This document shows, in pieces, positions 46,691-56,659 of a stretch of DNA of 64,000 nt. The position numbers were made by a program, and so were the translations under genes. Under the pieces are notes generated by a model. It did no database searches. It worked only from the letters and a program-made list of their open reading frames with translations, and had not been told where the DNA came from. The DNA is from an uncultured Actinomycetes bacterium (GTDB lineage: Bacteria > Actinomycetota > UBA4738 > JBBDTT01): NCBI GenBank assembly GCA_963742735.1, contig CAVUMN010000003.1, forward strand, positions 64,001 through 128,000. Reading direction: 5' to 3'. Every line of letters begins with the position of its first letter. Position 1 is the stretch's first letter.

Positions 46691-49600
46691 CTACCGCCGC
46701 GCGAGGTCCCTCGACCGCCCGGGCCAGGCCGTCACCCCCAGCTCGCTCCAGGCCTCCGTCGCGTCGGCCCAGCCGCTCGCGTCGCCGCGCAGGGCCCGGA
46801 TCTCCGCGTGGAGCGCTCGGTCGGTCGGGGTGGGCAGCTCGGCAGGGAGCGGGCCGGGATCGCGGCCGTCCAGCGCGTCGATCTCGGCGAGGAGCAGCGC
46901 CGTGCGGACGGGGACCAGGACGTTGCCGATGGCCTCGGCCTCCGACCGGGCTTCCTGGAGGATGCCCCGCGCGCCGGCGAGGTCGTCCGCGAGCAGGCGC
47001 GCCTGTCCGAGCAGCGTGAGCGCGTAGGGGCGCCACAGCGCGCCGCCCTGACGCAGGTCCTCCGCGAACCGGCGCGCTCCGGCCTCGGCGAGCTCCGGGT
47101 CCCCCCGGTCCAGCCCGATCTCCGCCCGCGCGCCCCACACCTCGACGAGCTCGAAGCCCGCGCCGAGCTCGTGCAGCAGGGACTCCGCCTCCGCGAGCTC
47201 CCGGTCCGCGGTGCCGGCGTCCCCGCGGCGCGACGCGATCCGCGCGCGGAGCACCTTTCCCTGGGCCATGACCCGCCGGAACCGGCGGCGCTCGCCGGTC
47301 CGCGCGATCCGGTCGGCGTGGGCCTCGGCGGTGTCCAGGCGGCCGAACGCCAGGTCGGCGAGCGCGAGCGGGTACCGGCTTTCCACCTCCACGTCGGGGT
47401 CCCCCACGTCCAGGCCGAGCCCCACCGCCTCGCCGAGGACCTCGCTGGCGGCGGCCAGGTCGCCGGCGTAGAAGCGGAAGTAGCCCCAGGCCCGCCGGAG
47501 CGCCCCGACGGCCCGGGGCTCGGCGGTGAGCAACGTCAGCTCGTCGAGCCGGCGGAACGGCCGCTCGAAGGCCTCGCCCCCCTGGGGGGTGGCCCCCCAC
47601 GCCAGGTCCTGGTAGCACCGGAGCTCCCACCAGTAGTCGCCGACGGCCCGGAAGGCCCGCGCCGCGCGCTCGAGCGACTCCTGGTGCCGGCCGAAGTCCG
47701 CGAATCTCCACGTGTAGGCGGTCTCGAACAGGGCGACGGCCTCCGCGCGCCGGTCGCCGAGCTCCCGGGCGATCTCGACGGCCTCGCCCAGCAGCTCGCG
47801 CGCCCGCGCTTCGTTCGGCACGTCCGACTCCACCCAGCCGAGCACCAGCAGCGCGCGGGCTCGCCAGTCCCGCCGGCCGGCCTGCTCGGCCAGTGCGAGG
47901 ACCTCGGTGGCCTCGGTGCGGGCGTCCTCGTATCGGGACAGGTTCGAGAGCGCCTCGGCCTGGGCCAGGCGGACCTCGGCGAGCAGCTCGCCCTCTGGGG
48001 AGCGCGGGTCGGGGTCCAGCCGCTCGGCCAGGGTCAGCGCGTGCGTGTACTGCGCGGCCGCGGCGACCCAGGCGAACTGCATCCGCGCCCGGTCCCCGGC
48101 GCGGTGGAGGTAGTCCACGGCCAGCCGCACCGTGTGCCCGGGCACGCCCGGGTTGAGGGCCACCGACTGCGCGTAGTGGAAGGCCAGCAGCTCGACGGGC
48201 TCCTCGCTCCCCGGGTACAGGCTGGCCCGGACCCAGCCCGCGATGGCCAGGTGCTTGGCCGCCCGGTCGGCGCGGGGAAGCGTGGCGTAGGCGACGTCGC
48301 GGATCACGGCGTGCTTGAAGCCGAACTGGCGGGCGCCCTCGATGGTCGTTTCGTCCTGGACCCGGATCAGGTCGCGCTCGATGAGCCGCTCCAGCAGCTC
48401 CTCGACACCGTCCCGCCACCCCAGCGCGCGCAGGCTCCCGTCCCAGAAGGTCTCGCCGGCGACGGAGGCGTCCCGAAGGAGCCGCCGCTCCGGCTCGGGG
48501 AGGCCGTCGATGCGTGCCGCGACGACGAGCTGCATGGTCTCGGGGATTGCCGCGGTCTCGCCCCGCAGGCTCCATCGGCCGGCGTCGGCGCGGAGCGCGC
48601 CGCCCTCGCGAAGCATGTGCACCGTCTCCTCGAGGTACAGCGGGTTGCCGCCCGAGCGGCGCATGAGATCCGAGCGAAGGCGTTCGGGGACCTCGCCCGG
48701 GAGGAGCCCCGCGAGCATCGAGGCGCACTCCTCGGTCGACAGGGCTCGCAGGTGGAGCACCCGGTCGTCGTCGAGCTTGAGCTCGCCCCGCTCCAGGACC
48801 TCGGGCCAGCCGGCGCACAGGAACAGGACCGGGGCCGGCCACGGCTCCTCCACGACCCACGACAGGAAGCCGAACAGCTGGGGGTCCGCCCACTGGACGT
48901 CCTCGAGCGTGACCACCACGGGCCCGTTGGTCGCGAGCCCTGAGAGGAACCGCCGTACCGCCACGGCGAGATCCAGGTTGAGCTCCGCCGGTCCGGGGGG
49001 CGTGGTGGCGCTCCCCACGCCGGCCACCGTGGCCAGCCATCCGGCCACCCCCGAGCGCTCGGGCTCGGTGACGTCCGGGAGGGCTTCGGCGACGGCCGCG
49101 GACAGCGCGGCGCGGACCGCGTCGGGGTCGGCGCCGGACTGGATTCCCACGAAGCCTCGCAGCGCGTCTGCGATGGCGTGCCAGGGCCCCCGCTCGCCGT
49201 AGGCCTGGCATCGGCCCACGAGGTGGCGTGCCTCTCCGGCGGTCTCCGCGAACTCGGCGGCGAGCCGCGACTTCCCGAGGCCGGGCGGTCCGGCGATGAT
49301 CGCGACCGTGCTGTGTCCCCAGCCGGTGACCTCGGCCAGACGCTGGCGCAGCCACGTCAGGTCGATGGCGCGGCCGACGAACGCGGTGGGCGCCGCGCGG
49401 GATGGCCGTCCGCCGGGCTCGGCGGAGATCGAGCGGACCTGGTACGCCTGGACGGCCTCGGCCTTGCCCTTGAGGCGGATCGGGGCCCACTCCAGGTAGT
49501 CGGTGACGTGGTCGGTGAGATCGCGGGTCCTCGAGCCGACCAGCACGCAGCCGGCCGGCGCGACGCCCAGGAGCCTGGACGCCGTGTTCACCGTGTCGCC

Positions 49601-49990
49601 CACCACGTCGAGCCCGCCGCGGCGTGGGACCACCAGCACCTCGCCCGTGTGGATGCCCGCGTGCAGGCTGGTGGGGCCCTCCCAGCCGGGCCGGTCGGTG
49701 GCCCGGGCCTTGACCGCGTCGCGGCAGGCCATCGCGGCCCGGACGGCCCGCTCGGCGTCGTCGGCGTGGGTGGTCGGCACCCCGAACACGGCGAGGAACC
49801 CGTCCCCGATCCAGTTCACCATCGTGCCGCCGTGGGACTCGACGAGGGACGTCATGTCCTCCATGAGCGGCTGCAGGAAGGCGTCGACGTCCTCGGGGTC
49901 CATCGACTCGGTCACCGACGTGAACGCCGTCAGGTCGGCGAACAGCACGGTGACCAGCCGGCGCTCGCCGCGGGGGGGCGCCTGGCTCAT
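46691..49990 (-). CDS. class III cyclase-AAA/STAND ATPase-TPR protein
   Basis: FADL, GDG, GDTVNTASRL; GPPGLGKSRL; GGNPLYLEE; helical repeats. Confidence 0.9.
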   Translation of the reverse strand: MSQAPPRGERRLVTVLFADLTAFTSVTESMDPEDVDAFLQPLMEDMTSLVESHGGTMVNWIGDGFLAVFGVPTTHADDAERAVRAAMACRDAVKARATDRPGWEGPTSLHAGIHTGEVLVVPRRGGLDVVGDTVNTASRLLGVAPAGCVLVGSRTRDLTDHVTDYLEWAPIRLKGKAEAVQAYQVRSISAEPGGRPSRAAPTAFVGRAIDLTWLRQRLAEVTGWGHSTVAIIAGPPGLGKSRLAAEFAETAGEARHLVGRCQAYGERGPWHAIADALRGFVGIQSGADPDAVRAALSAAVAEALPDVTEPERSGVAGWLATVAGVGSATTPPGPAELNLDLAVAVRRFLSGLATNGPVVVTLEDVQWADPQLFGFLSWVVEEPWPAPVLFLCAGWPEVLERGELKLDDDRVLHLRALSTEECASMLAGLLPGEVPERLRSDLMRRSGGNPLYLEETVHMLREGGALRADAGRWSLRGETAAIPETMQLVVAARIDGLPEPERRLLRDASVAGETFWDGSLRALGWRDGVEELLERLIERDLIRVQDETTIEGARQFGFKHAVIRDVAYATLPRADRAAKHLAIAGWVRASLYPGSEEPVELLAFHYAQSVALNPGVPGHTVRLAVDYLHRAGDRARMQFAWVAAAAQYTHALTLAERLDPDPRSPEGELLAEVRLAQAEALSNLSRYEDARTEATEVLALAEQAGRRDWRARALLVLGWVESDVPNEARARELLGEAVEIARELGDRRAEAVALFETAYTWRFADFGRHQESLERAARAFRAVGDYWWELRCYQDLAWGATPQGGEAFERPFRRLDELTLLTAEPRAVGALRRAWGYFRFYAGDLAAASEVLGEAVGLGLDVGDPDVEVESRYPLALADLAFGRLDTAEAHADRIARTGERRRFRRVMAQGKVLRARIASRRGDAGTADRELAEAESLLHELGAGFELVEVWGARAEIGLDRGDPELAEAGARRFAEDLRQGGALWRPYALTLLGQARLLADDLAGARGILQEARSEAEAIGNVLVPVRTALLLAEIDALDGRDPGPLPAELPTPTDRALHAEIRALRGDASGWADATEAWSELGVTAWPGRSRDLARR

Positions 49991-50012
49991 GGTCCTGCGA
50001 TGTCGGCCCGGC

Positions 50013-50606
50013 TCAGTCGGCGGCTTCGGTGGGGACCAGCTTCTCCGTCACGGCGACGGCGGTGGTGGTGCCCGCGATGCCGGGGATCGTCGCGATCGAG
50101 AGGATCCCCTGCGAGCACTCGTCCCAGGTCGCGCCGCCGACCTCGATGAGCAGGTCGTACTCGCCGGTGACGACCGCGGCGCCGGCGACGCCGCCGGTCT
50201 CCGCCAGGGAGTCCATCACGCCGCCCAGCCACGTGTCCCAGCCGCCCTCGAACTCGCGGCCCTGGGCGAGGTCGAGGTCGGCGAACACGAGCGCCACGAA
50301 CGGATCGCGGCCGCGCACCGGCATCGGCTTCGGCTTCGGCGTGGGCTTGGGGGGCGTGGGGTCGCGGGCCGGGGGGTTCAGCACGACGGCCGTCTGTGAC
50401 TCGGTGATCGTCTCGTCGTCCAGGACCTGGCCCATCACGACCTCGCCGAGCTGGTGAGGATCGGCCACGTCGAGCGCCACCAGGACGTCCCAGTCGCCGG
50501 TGATCACGACAACCTGGCGGATGCCGTCACCGGCCAGCCGGGTCAGCCGCTCGGCCGCATCCCGTGTCCGTCCCGGTTCGGTGCGCAGCAAGACGTATGC
50601 GTCCAT
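50013..50606 (-). CDS. tandem Lrp/AsnC ligand-binding domain protein
   Basis: ITGDWDVL and VTGEYDLL repeats, Pro-rich linker, no HTH. Confidence 0.8.
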   Translation of the reverse strand: MDAYVLLRTEPGRTRDAAERLTRLAGDGIRQVVVITGDWDVLVALDVADPHQLGEVVMGQVLDDETITESQTAVVLNPPARDPTPPKPTPKPKPMPVRGRDPFVALVFADLDLAQGREFEGGWDTWLGGVMDSLAETGGVAGAAVVTGEYDLLIEVGGATWDECSQGILSIATIPGIAGTTTAVAVTEKLVPTEAAD

Positions 50607-50671
50607 GTCCCCTCCTTCGATCGGTCCCTCGGCAAGGCTAGGTCAACGGACGAAGCCGCACAATACGGGCG

Positions 50672-51862
50672 TCAGGACGCCGTCTGGGCGGGGACGCCGA
50701 CGAGCGTCTCGAGCTGGCCGATGCCGTCCTCGGGACCGATGGAGATCACCCGGTCCCCGGCCTGCAGCGTGAACCGGGGCCTGGGTCGGTAGGTCCAGCG
50801 GCGGCCTCGCTGCACCGCGAGGACGAACATGCCGGTCTCGGTGGCCAGGGACAGGCCCTTGAGGGTCTTGCCGTCGGCGCGCGACCCGGACTCGACGACC
50901 GACTCGACCGCGACCTCGTCGGTCTCCTCCAGCGCCATCTGCACCACCGGGTGGAGCTCCTCGCCGTGCTCGACGAGCCACGTCATGTCGCGGGCCGCGT
51001 CGAAGATCGTCTCGGTGGCGTGGCCCAGCCGGAGCAGCCCCCGGAGCTCGTCTGGGTTGCGGGCCTCGGGCGCCGCCTTCAGGACCCAGGACTCGAGCTC
51101 GTCGTGGAGCGTGTCGCTGCGCGCCTCGAGGGTCGCCACCTCGGCGGCGAGCGCCGGATCCTTGAACAGCAGCGCCGAGTACGCGAGCCCGACCGCGACC
51201 TCGGCGGAGTTCTTCATCTCGACCAGGATGTCCACGGCCCGGTCCAGCTCGGTCAGGGGATGCGGGTCGCCCTTGGGCGCCTCGGTGAGGGGAGCCGCGC
51301 CGGCCAGCTTCCGGATGAGGTTCACGCCCTCCTCGGGGCCCTGGAACAGCAGCACGTCGGCCTCGGAGACGATCGTCTCGGGGCCGGGAGCGAACTCCCA
51401 CTCGTCGCCGCGGCGGATCGCGATCACCCACATGCCCGTCTCGATGGGGAGCTGGAGGTCGCGCAGGCTCTGGCCGACGCACTCCGAGCCGGCGCGGACC
51501 TTCACCCGGCCGACGATCTCGTCGGCGTGGCGGAGATCGGGCCGCAGCGCGGCGGGGATCCCCAGGTGGGCGTCGATCACGCGGGCGATGTCGCTCGCCG
51601 CCTGGCCGATCTTCTCGATGGCCCCGGCGATGTGGAGCACGCCGGCCATGGCCTCGGCGTCCTCGGGGCTGCGGGCCGCGAGCATGGAGATCTCACGCAG
51701 GCGGCGGAGGTGACCGTCGAGGATCTCCTCGAGCCGCTCGACCTCCTCGGCCAGGTCCTCCTCGTTGAAGAAGACCGCCGCGTAGGCGAGGTCGACCATG
51801 ACCTCTGAGGTGTCCTTCGCCTCGGTCAGAAGCTCCTTGACGTTCCGCGGCCGCTCATCCAT
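50672..51862 (-). CDS. duplicated PhoU-TrkA_C (RCK_C) protein
   Basis: KDTSEVMVDLAY / KNSAEVAVGLAY and ETGM.V.A..RG repeats. Confidence 0.82.
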   Translation of the reverse strand: MDERPRNVKELLTEAKDTSEVMVDLAYAAVFFNEEDLAEEVERLEEILDGHLRRLREISMLAARSPEDAEAMAGVLHIAGAIEKIGQAASDIARVIDAHLGIPAALRPDLRHADEIVGRVKVRAGSECVGQSLRDLQLPIETGMWVIAIRRGDEWEFAPGPETIVSEADVLLFQGPEEGVNLIRKLAGAAPLTEAPKGDPHPLTELDRAVDILVEMKNSAEVAVGLAYSALLFKDPALAAEVATLEARSDTLHDELESWVLKAAPEARNPDELRGLLRLGHATETIFDAARDMTWLVEHGEELHPVVQMALEETDEVAVESVVESGSRADGKTLKGLSLATETGMFVLAVQRGRRWTYRPRPRFTLQAGDRVISIGPEDGIGQLETLVGVPAQTAS

Positions 51863-53096
51863 TCGCTGCCACCCCGAATAGTGACAGAACCGCCAGGAAG
51901 CAGACCACGCCGGACAGGTCCATCACGCTGGTGATGATAGGGACCGAGTGGTTGTCGGGGTCCAGCCCGAACCGAGTCGTGACGATCGCGGCGTAGTAGG
52001 AGACGGGGATGGCGATCAGCGTCGCCAGCAAGCCGGCGACCAGGGTGCCGAGCACCAGCGGACCGGCGCCGGGGCTCGCGGTGCCGCTCACGGCCGTGTA
52101 GCCGAGGCCGAGCCCGCCCAGCGCCAGGAAGATCACGAACCCGAAGACCACGGTGATCGCCGCATCCAGGACCGCGGGGCCCTCGGGCCGGCCCCGTGGC
52201 GAGATCACGCCGAGCTGGAGCTTCGAGGACAGCCGGCTGGACAGGATGCCCCCGAGGGCCCCGGCCACGGCGACGAACGGCGGGACCAGGACCAGCAGCG
52301 CCGGGAAGGCGACGAACCGGTCCAGCCGGGCCTCGACCACGGTCCCCGCGAGGATGTCCAGCATCGGCGTGAGGAGGATCACCGCGGCCATCTCGATCAG
52401 GACCCGCCGGGCGACGGGGAGGTCGGTGAGCGCCCCCCGGATCGTCGCGAACAGGCAGACCAGGATCATGGCGATCGCCACGATCACGTTCGCGACGTCC
52501 GGGATGGCGACGACCAGCCGTGCGGCCACGAACAGCACGGGGATCGTGATCATGTCCGCCGCCGCGGTGATGAGCGGGGTGGCAACCGCGTCGAGGTCGT
52601 AGCCCCGCCGGTAGGACAGGACGGAGAGCCCGACCGTCGCGGCCAGCAGGATCGCCGAGTCGATGATGCCCCCGACCACCGCGATGGTCACGAACTCCAG
52701 GAACGAGATCGACTGGAGGCCGAATACGGCCGCGGAGAGCTTCGCGAGTGCAGCCAGCCACAGGGTCGACGAAAAGGTCGAGACCACCGCGACGAACAGG
52801 TTCTGGTACAGCACGCCGGAGCGGTCGCGGGTCACCTCGAAAAGCCCGGCGTGGGTGCTCGTGCCGAGCCGCGCGCCCATCGCCCCGAAGATCGTGCCCC
52901 GCATCCCGATCGCCGCCGGGATCAGGATGATCAGCCCGGGAAGCGTCTTGAGCGTGTCGGTGATGGAGCCGAGGGCGATGCCGGCGACGAACGCCGTCGC
53001 CGCCCCCAGGATCAGCGCGAAGAAGCCCTGGCGGAGGGTGCGCTGCTCCGCCCGCAGCGCGGCGAGCAGCCGTCGAGCTCTGCGGGGGAAGGCCAT
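51855..53096 (-). CDS. duplicated MgtE membrane-domain (SLC41-like) transporter
   Basis: PAAIGMRG..D..TP.IT..D and LDPDN..P.ITS..D. Confidence 0.82.
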   Translation of the reverse strand: MAFPRRARRLLAALRAEQRTLRQGFFALILGAATAFVAGIALGSITDTLKTLPGLIILIPAAIGMRGTIFGAMGARLGTSTHAGLFEVTRDRSGVLYQNLFVAVVSTFSSTLWLAALAKLSAAVFGLQSISFLEFVTIAVVGGIIDSAILLAATVGLSVLSYRRGYDLDAVATPLITAAADMITIPVLFVAARLVVAIPDVANVIVAIAMILVCLFATIRGALTDLPVARRVLIEMAAVILLTPMLDILAGTVVEARLDRFVAFPALLVLVPPFVAVAGALGGILSSRLSSKLQLGVISPRGRPEGPAVLDAAITVVFGFVIFLALGGLGLGYTAVSGTASPGAGPLVLGTLVAGLLATLIAIPVSYYAAIVTTRFGLDPDNHSVPIITSVMDLSGVVCFLAVLSLFGVAANG

Positions 53097-53199
53097 AACG
53101 GAACCCCTCCCGAGTTCGGCACGCGCGAAAACCTTCCGTTCAGCATGATTTGGGGGCAACCCCGAGCCAGTATGTCCCCGCACGAAAAGGGAGGCAACC

Positions 53200-53784
53200 A
53201 CGGGCGACCAGGCGGGATGGGACGCGTACTACGCCGCGCAGGAAGGGCGTGCGCCGCGGCCGCTGCTCCTTGAGGTCGTCGACCGCTTTCCCGGTCCGGG
53301 CCGCGCGATCGATCTCGGGTGTGGAGACGGCGTCGACTCCATCGAGCTTCTCCGGCGGGGATGGACCGTCCTGGCGATCGACGCCGAGGCCGCCGGGATC
53401 GAGCGGCTCCTCTCCGCCGTGGGCCCGGAAGCATCCGAGCGGCTCACCACGCGGGTGGCGCGGTTCGAGGACCTCGATGGTCTGCCTCCCGCCGAGCTCG
53501 TCTACGCCGGGTACAGCCTGGCGTTCGGTTCGTCGGCATCGTTCCCAGGCCTGTGGCGCGCGATCCGCGAGGCGCTGGTGCCGGGAGGCCGTTTCGCCGG
53601 CCAGCTCTTCGGCGACCGGGACTCGTGGGCGAACTCGGCGGCGACCTTCGTCTCACGCGCCGAGGCGAAGCGCCTGCTGGAGGGGCTCGAGGTCGAGTCG
53701 TTCGAGGAGGAGGAGCGCGAGGGCACGTCGTTCGTGGGTCCCAAGCACTGGCACCTGTTCCACGTGATCGCCAGGCGCCCGTGA
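53200..53784 (+). CDS. class I SAM-dependent methyltransferase (apparent ACG start)
   Basis: WDAYY, AIDLGCGDG upstream of and in frame with ORF 53419; GGRFAGQLFGDRD, KHWH. Confidence 0.8.
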   Translation, partial: TGDQAGWDAYYAAQEGRAPRPLLLEVVDRFPGPGRAIDLGCGDGVDSIELLRRGWTVLAIDAEAAGIERLLSAVGPEASERLTTRVARFEDLDGLPPAELVYAGYSLAFGSSASFPGLWRAIREALVPGGRFAGQLFGDRDSWANSAATFVSRAEAKRLLEGLEVESFEEEEREGTSFVGPKHWHLFHVIARRP

Positions 53785-53788
53785 GGGC

Positions 53789-54289
53789 TCAGGCCAGCGG
53801 CTTCTCGTACCAGACGACGTCCCAGTAGCGGCCGAACTTGCGGCCCTGTTCGGTGAAGTGGGCGACCTCGCGGAAGCCGAAGCGCTCGTGCAGGGCCACC
53901 GAGGCGTCGTTGGGAGGGACGATGCCGGCGAAGGCGCGGTGGACGTCCTGTCCGCGGAGGGCTTCGAAGAGTGCCGCGTACAGGGCACGGCCGATGCCCT
54001 CGCCCAGCCGGCCGTGGCGGACGTAGATGCTTGTCTCGATCGACGTCTCGTAGGCGCGCTTCGCCCGGTAGGGGCCGCTGGAGACGAACCCGACGATCTC
54101 GCCACCGTCCACCGCCACGAGGACCCGGTGGGGACCGTCCTCCGCGTGGTCGGCGAGCCAGGCGGCCCGCCATTCGACAGACTTCGGCTCCAGGTCGAAC
54201 GTCGCGGGACTGGTCAGGATCGCGTGGTTGTAGATCTCGTCGATCCCGCCGAGATCCGCGGTGACCGCCGGGCGGACCACGATGTCCAT
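53789..54289 (-). CDS. GNAT acetyltransferase (phosphinothricin/YncA-like)
   Basis: IYNHAI, GIGRALY, NDASVALHERFGF, KFGRYWD. Confidence 0.9.
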   Translation of the reverse strand: MDIVVRPAVTADLGGIDEIYNHAILTSPATFDLEPKSVEWRAAWLADHAEDGPHRVLVAVDGGEIVGFVSSGPYRAKRAYETSIETSIYVRHGRLGEGIGRALYAALFEALRGQDVHRAFAGIVPPNDASVALHERFGFREVAHFTEQGRKFGRYWDVVWYEKPLA

Positions 54290-54337
54290 ACTTGGATTCT
54301 GTGCCCCGTGGATTACGGGACGGTTACGATCGCGGAC

Positions 54338-54589
54338 GTGGCCATCGAGCTGACCCCGCGCGCGGTGGAGATCCTGACGCGCTCCTACGAGGCGGCGCGC
54401 CGGTTCAACCCGGACGTGCACCTGCGGCTGGCCCGGGAACGGGGCGAGGTCCAGGCCGTCCTGACCGAGGCGCCCGGGCCCGACGACGAGCGCATCGAGG
54501 GCGAGGGGTTCGTGCTCCACGTCGAGCCGGGTCTGGAGGGCCGGCTGGAGGTGCACGAGCCGCACGACCGGCTCGTGCTCATCCCCTAG
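54338..54589 (+). CDS. small HesB/IscA-like hypothetical protein
   Basis: IELTPRAVE pattern; TACGAT -10 before GTG; no Cys. Confidence 0.6.
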   Translation: MAIELTPRAVEILTRSYEAARRFNPDVHLRLARERGEVQAVLTEAPGPDDERIEGEGFVLHVEPGLEGRLEVHEPHDRLVLIP

Positions 54590-54917
54590 GCGGGTTGTCC
54601 CACGGCCGCCAGGCCGGCCACTTCGACTCCGGCGGGGCCTCGGCCACGGACTCGATCTCCCGTGCCAGGGCGAGGTCCTTCTCGGTGATGGCGTCCTCGC
54701 TCCAGGTGTGCAGCGCCACGCGCACCCGGTTGAAGGAGTTCTGGAGGTCGGGGTGATGGTTGGCCGCCTCGGCCTTCTGGGACAGGCGAACGATGAACGC
54801 GACGGCGTCGTCGAACTTCGGGAACTTGTAGTTCTTCACGATCTCGTTCTCGCCCAGCCGCCACCCGGGCAGCTCGGCGAGCCCGCGTTCGATCTCCTCG
54901 GCCGACAGCCCGGTCAT
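54579..54917 (-). CDS. pterin-4-alpha-carbinolamine dehydratase
   Basis: AEAANHHPDL, ITEKDLALA. Confidence 0.9.
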   Translation of the reverse strand: MTGLSAEEIERGLAELPGWRLGENEIVKNYKFPKFDDAVAFIVRLSQKAEAANHHPDLQNSFNRVRVALHTWSEDAITEKDLALAREIESVAEAPPESKWPAWRPWDNPPRG

Positions 54918-54981
54918 GTCCCGACTTTACCCCCGCCGGCCTCCACGGTTCGTTCTCGCACGGCCCGGGAATACGTCGGGC

Positions 54982-56226
54982 GTGCCGAGCATCTCCGAGG
55001 AGACGATCGCGGGCCGGTATCGGGTCGAGCGAGAGATCGCCCGCGGTGGCATGGGCTCGGTCCTGCTGGCCGAGGACCTCGTGCTCAACCGTCCCGTGGC
55101 GGTGAAGCGCCTGCACCCGCACCTGTCCGCGGACGACGACATGGCCGCCCGGTTCAAGCACGAGGCCCTTGCCGCCGCCTCGCTCACCCACCATGGCGTG
55201 GTTACCGTGTTCGACGCCGGCGAGGACGAGGCGGGCGCGTACCTGGTCATGGAGCTCATCGACGGCGAGACGCTCGCCGACCGGCTGACGAAGGGCCCGC
55301 TCGGCCCCGAGGAGACGGCCCGCCTGGGTGCCGAGGTCGCGCGCGCGCTCGATCACGCGCACGAGAAGGGCATCGTCCACCGCGACGTGAAGCCCGGGAA
55401 CATCATGCTGCTCGCCGACGGCCGCGTGAAGATCGCCGACTTCGGGATCGCGAAGGCCCTCGAGGGCTCGATGACCCACACCGAGACCGGGAAGGTCCTG
55501 GGGACCGCCTCATATCTGTCGCCCGAACAGCTGAGCGGGCAGCCGGCGACGCCCGCCTCCGACATGTACTCGCTGGGCGCGGTCCTGTACGAGGCCGTGA
55601 CCGGCGAGAAGCCGTTCGTCGGGGACAACGCGGTCCAGGTCGCGATGGCCCACCAGACCCAGCCCCCCCCACCCCTTCCGGCGCACGTCCCCGACTCGCT
55701 CTCCGGGGTCATCCTCCGCGCGCTCGCGAAGGAGCCCCTCCAGCGGTTCCCCACCGCGGGCGACATGGCGGCGGCCCTGGAGACGGTCGCCGGCGGGGGT
55801 GTGCCCGTGATGCCACCAACCGCCCTGCTGGAGTCGACGGGAGAACTGCCCGTCACCGAGGCCGTCCCGGCGACGGCGGCCCATGAGGGCCGGCGACGCG
55901 ATGCGTTCCCCTGGGTGATCGGCGCGCTGGTGGCGATGGTCCTGCTGGTGGGCGCCGCGCTGTTGCTGTGGCCCGCGCTCACCGGCTCCGAGGACCCCGT
56001 CGACCGGCCCAGCACGGTCGTTCGCAGCCCGTCGCCGAGCCCGTCTCTCTCGTCCGTCCCGGCGGTGAGCCCGCCGGTGGTGACGAGCGCGAGCCGGTCG
56101 CCCTCGCCCTCGCCGAGCCCCTCGCCCTCCCCGAGCCCCTCGCCGTCCCCGAGCCCGCCCCCGCCGCCCCCGCCGACCACGCCCCCGCCGACGCCCACGG
56201 CCACCGCCGCCTCACCGGCCGGCTAG
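54982..56226 (+). CDS. Hanks-type Ser/Thr protein kinase, membrane anchored
   Basis: GGMG, VAVK, HRDVKPGN, DFG, YLSPEQ; TM; Ser-Pro tail. Confidence 0.93.
   Translation: MPSISEETIAGRYRVEREIARGGMGSVLLAEDLVLNRPVAVKRLHPHLSADDDMAARFKHEALAAASLTHHGVVTVFDAGEDEAGAYLVMELIDGETLADRLTKGPLGPEETARLGAEVARALDHAHEKGIVHRDVKPGNIMLLADGRVKIADFGIAKALEGSMTHTETGKVLGTASYLSPEQLSGQPATPASDMYSLGAVLYEAVTGEKPFVGDNAVQVAMAHQTQPPPPLPAHVPDSLSGVILRALAKEPLQRFPTAGDMAAALETVAGGGVPVMPPTALLESTGELPVTEAVPATAAHEGRRRDAFPWVIGALVAMVLLVGAALLLWPALTGSEDPVDRPSTVVRSPSPSPSLSSVPAVSPPVVTSASRSPSPSPSPSPSPSPSPSPSPPPPPPPTTPPPTPTATAASPAG
56026..56200 (+). repeat. Ser-Pro dipeptide low-complexity repeat
   Basis: imperfect 6-nt tandem repeats encoding SPSPSP...PPP. 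Confidence 0.8.
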
Positions 56227-56227
56227 G

Positions 56228-56659
56228 TCACGGGATCCGGACCGTCCCGTCCTCGGCCAGGGGCCAGCCGGGGTTCCACGCCACCTCCCACACGTGGCCG
56301 TCGGGATCGGCGAAGTACCCGTTCACCCCGCCCCACTCGGTCTCGGTAGCCGGCTTGAGGATCGACGCGCCGGCCGCCTGAGCCGTGTCCAGGATCGGCT
56401 GCACCAGGTCCCGGCCCTCGACGTTCATGGCCAGGGCCACGGCGCCCGAGGGGCTCGACGGGGGCGTGACCCCGGCGTCCGCGCCGAGGGAATCGCGTCC
56501 CCACACGGCCAGGTTGCCTCCCTGCAGCGGGAAGAACGCGACCTCGCCCTCGACCGAAGCCGGCGACGGCTCCCACCCCAGGGCCCGGTAGAACGCGACC
56601 GAGCGGGCGACGTCGTCCACGCCCAGCGTGACGAGCGAGAGGCGGGAGGGGACGTTCAC
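56228..56659 (-). CDS. VOC/glyoxalase family protein
   Basis: LSLVTLGVDD, WGG..GYFADPDGHVWEVAWNP. Confidence 0.9.
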   Translation of the reverse strand: MNVPSRLSLVTLGVDDVARSVAFYRALGWEPSPASVEGEVAFFPLQGGNLAVWGRDSLGADAGVTPPSSPSGAVALAMNVEGRDLVQPILDTAQAAGASILKPATETEWGGVNGYFADPDGHVWEVAWNPGWPLAEDGTVRIP

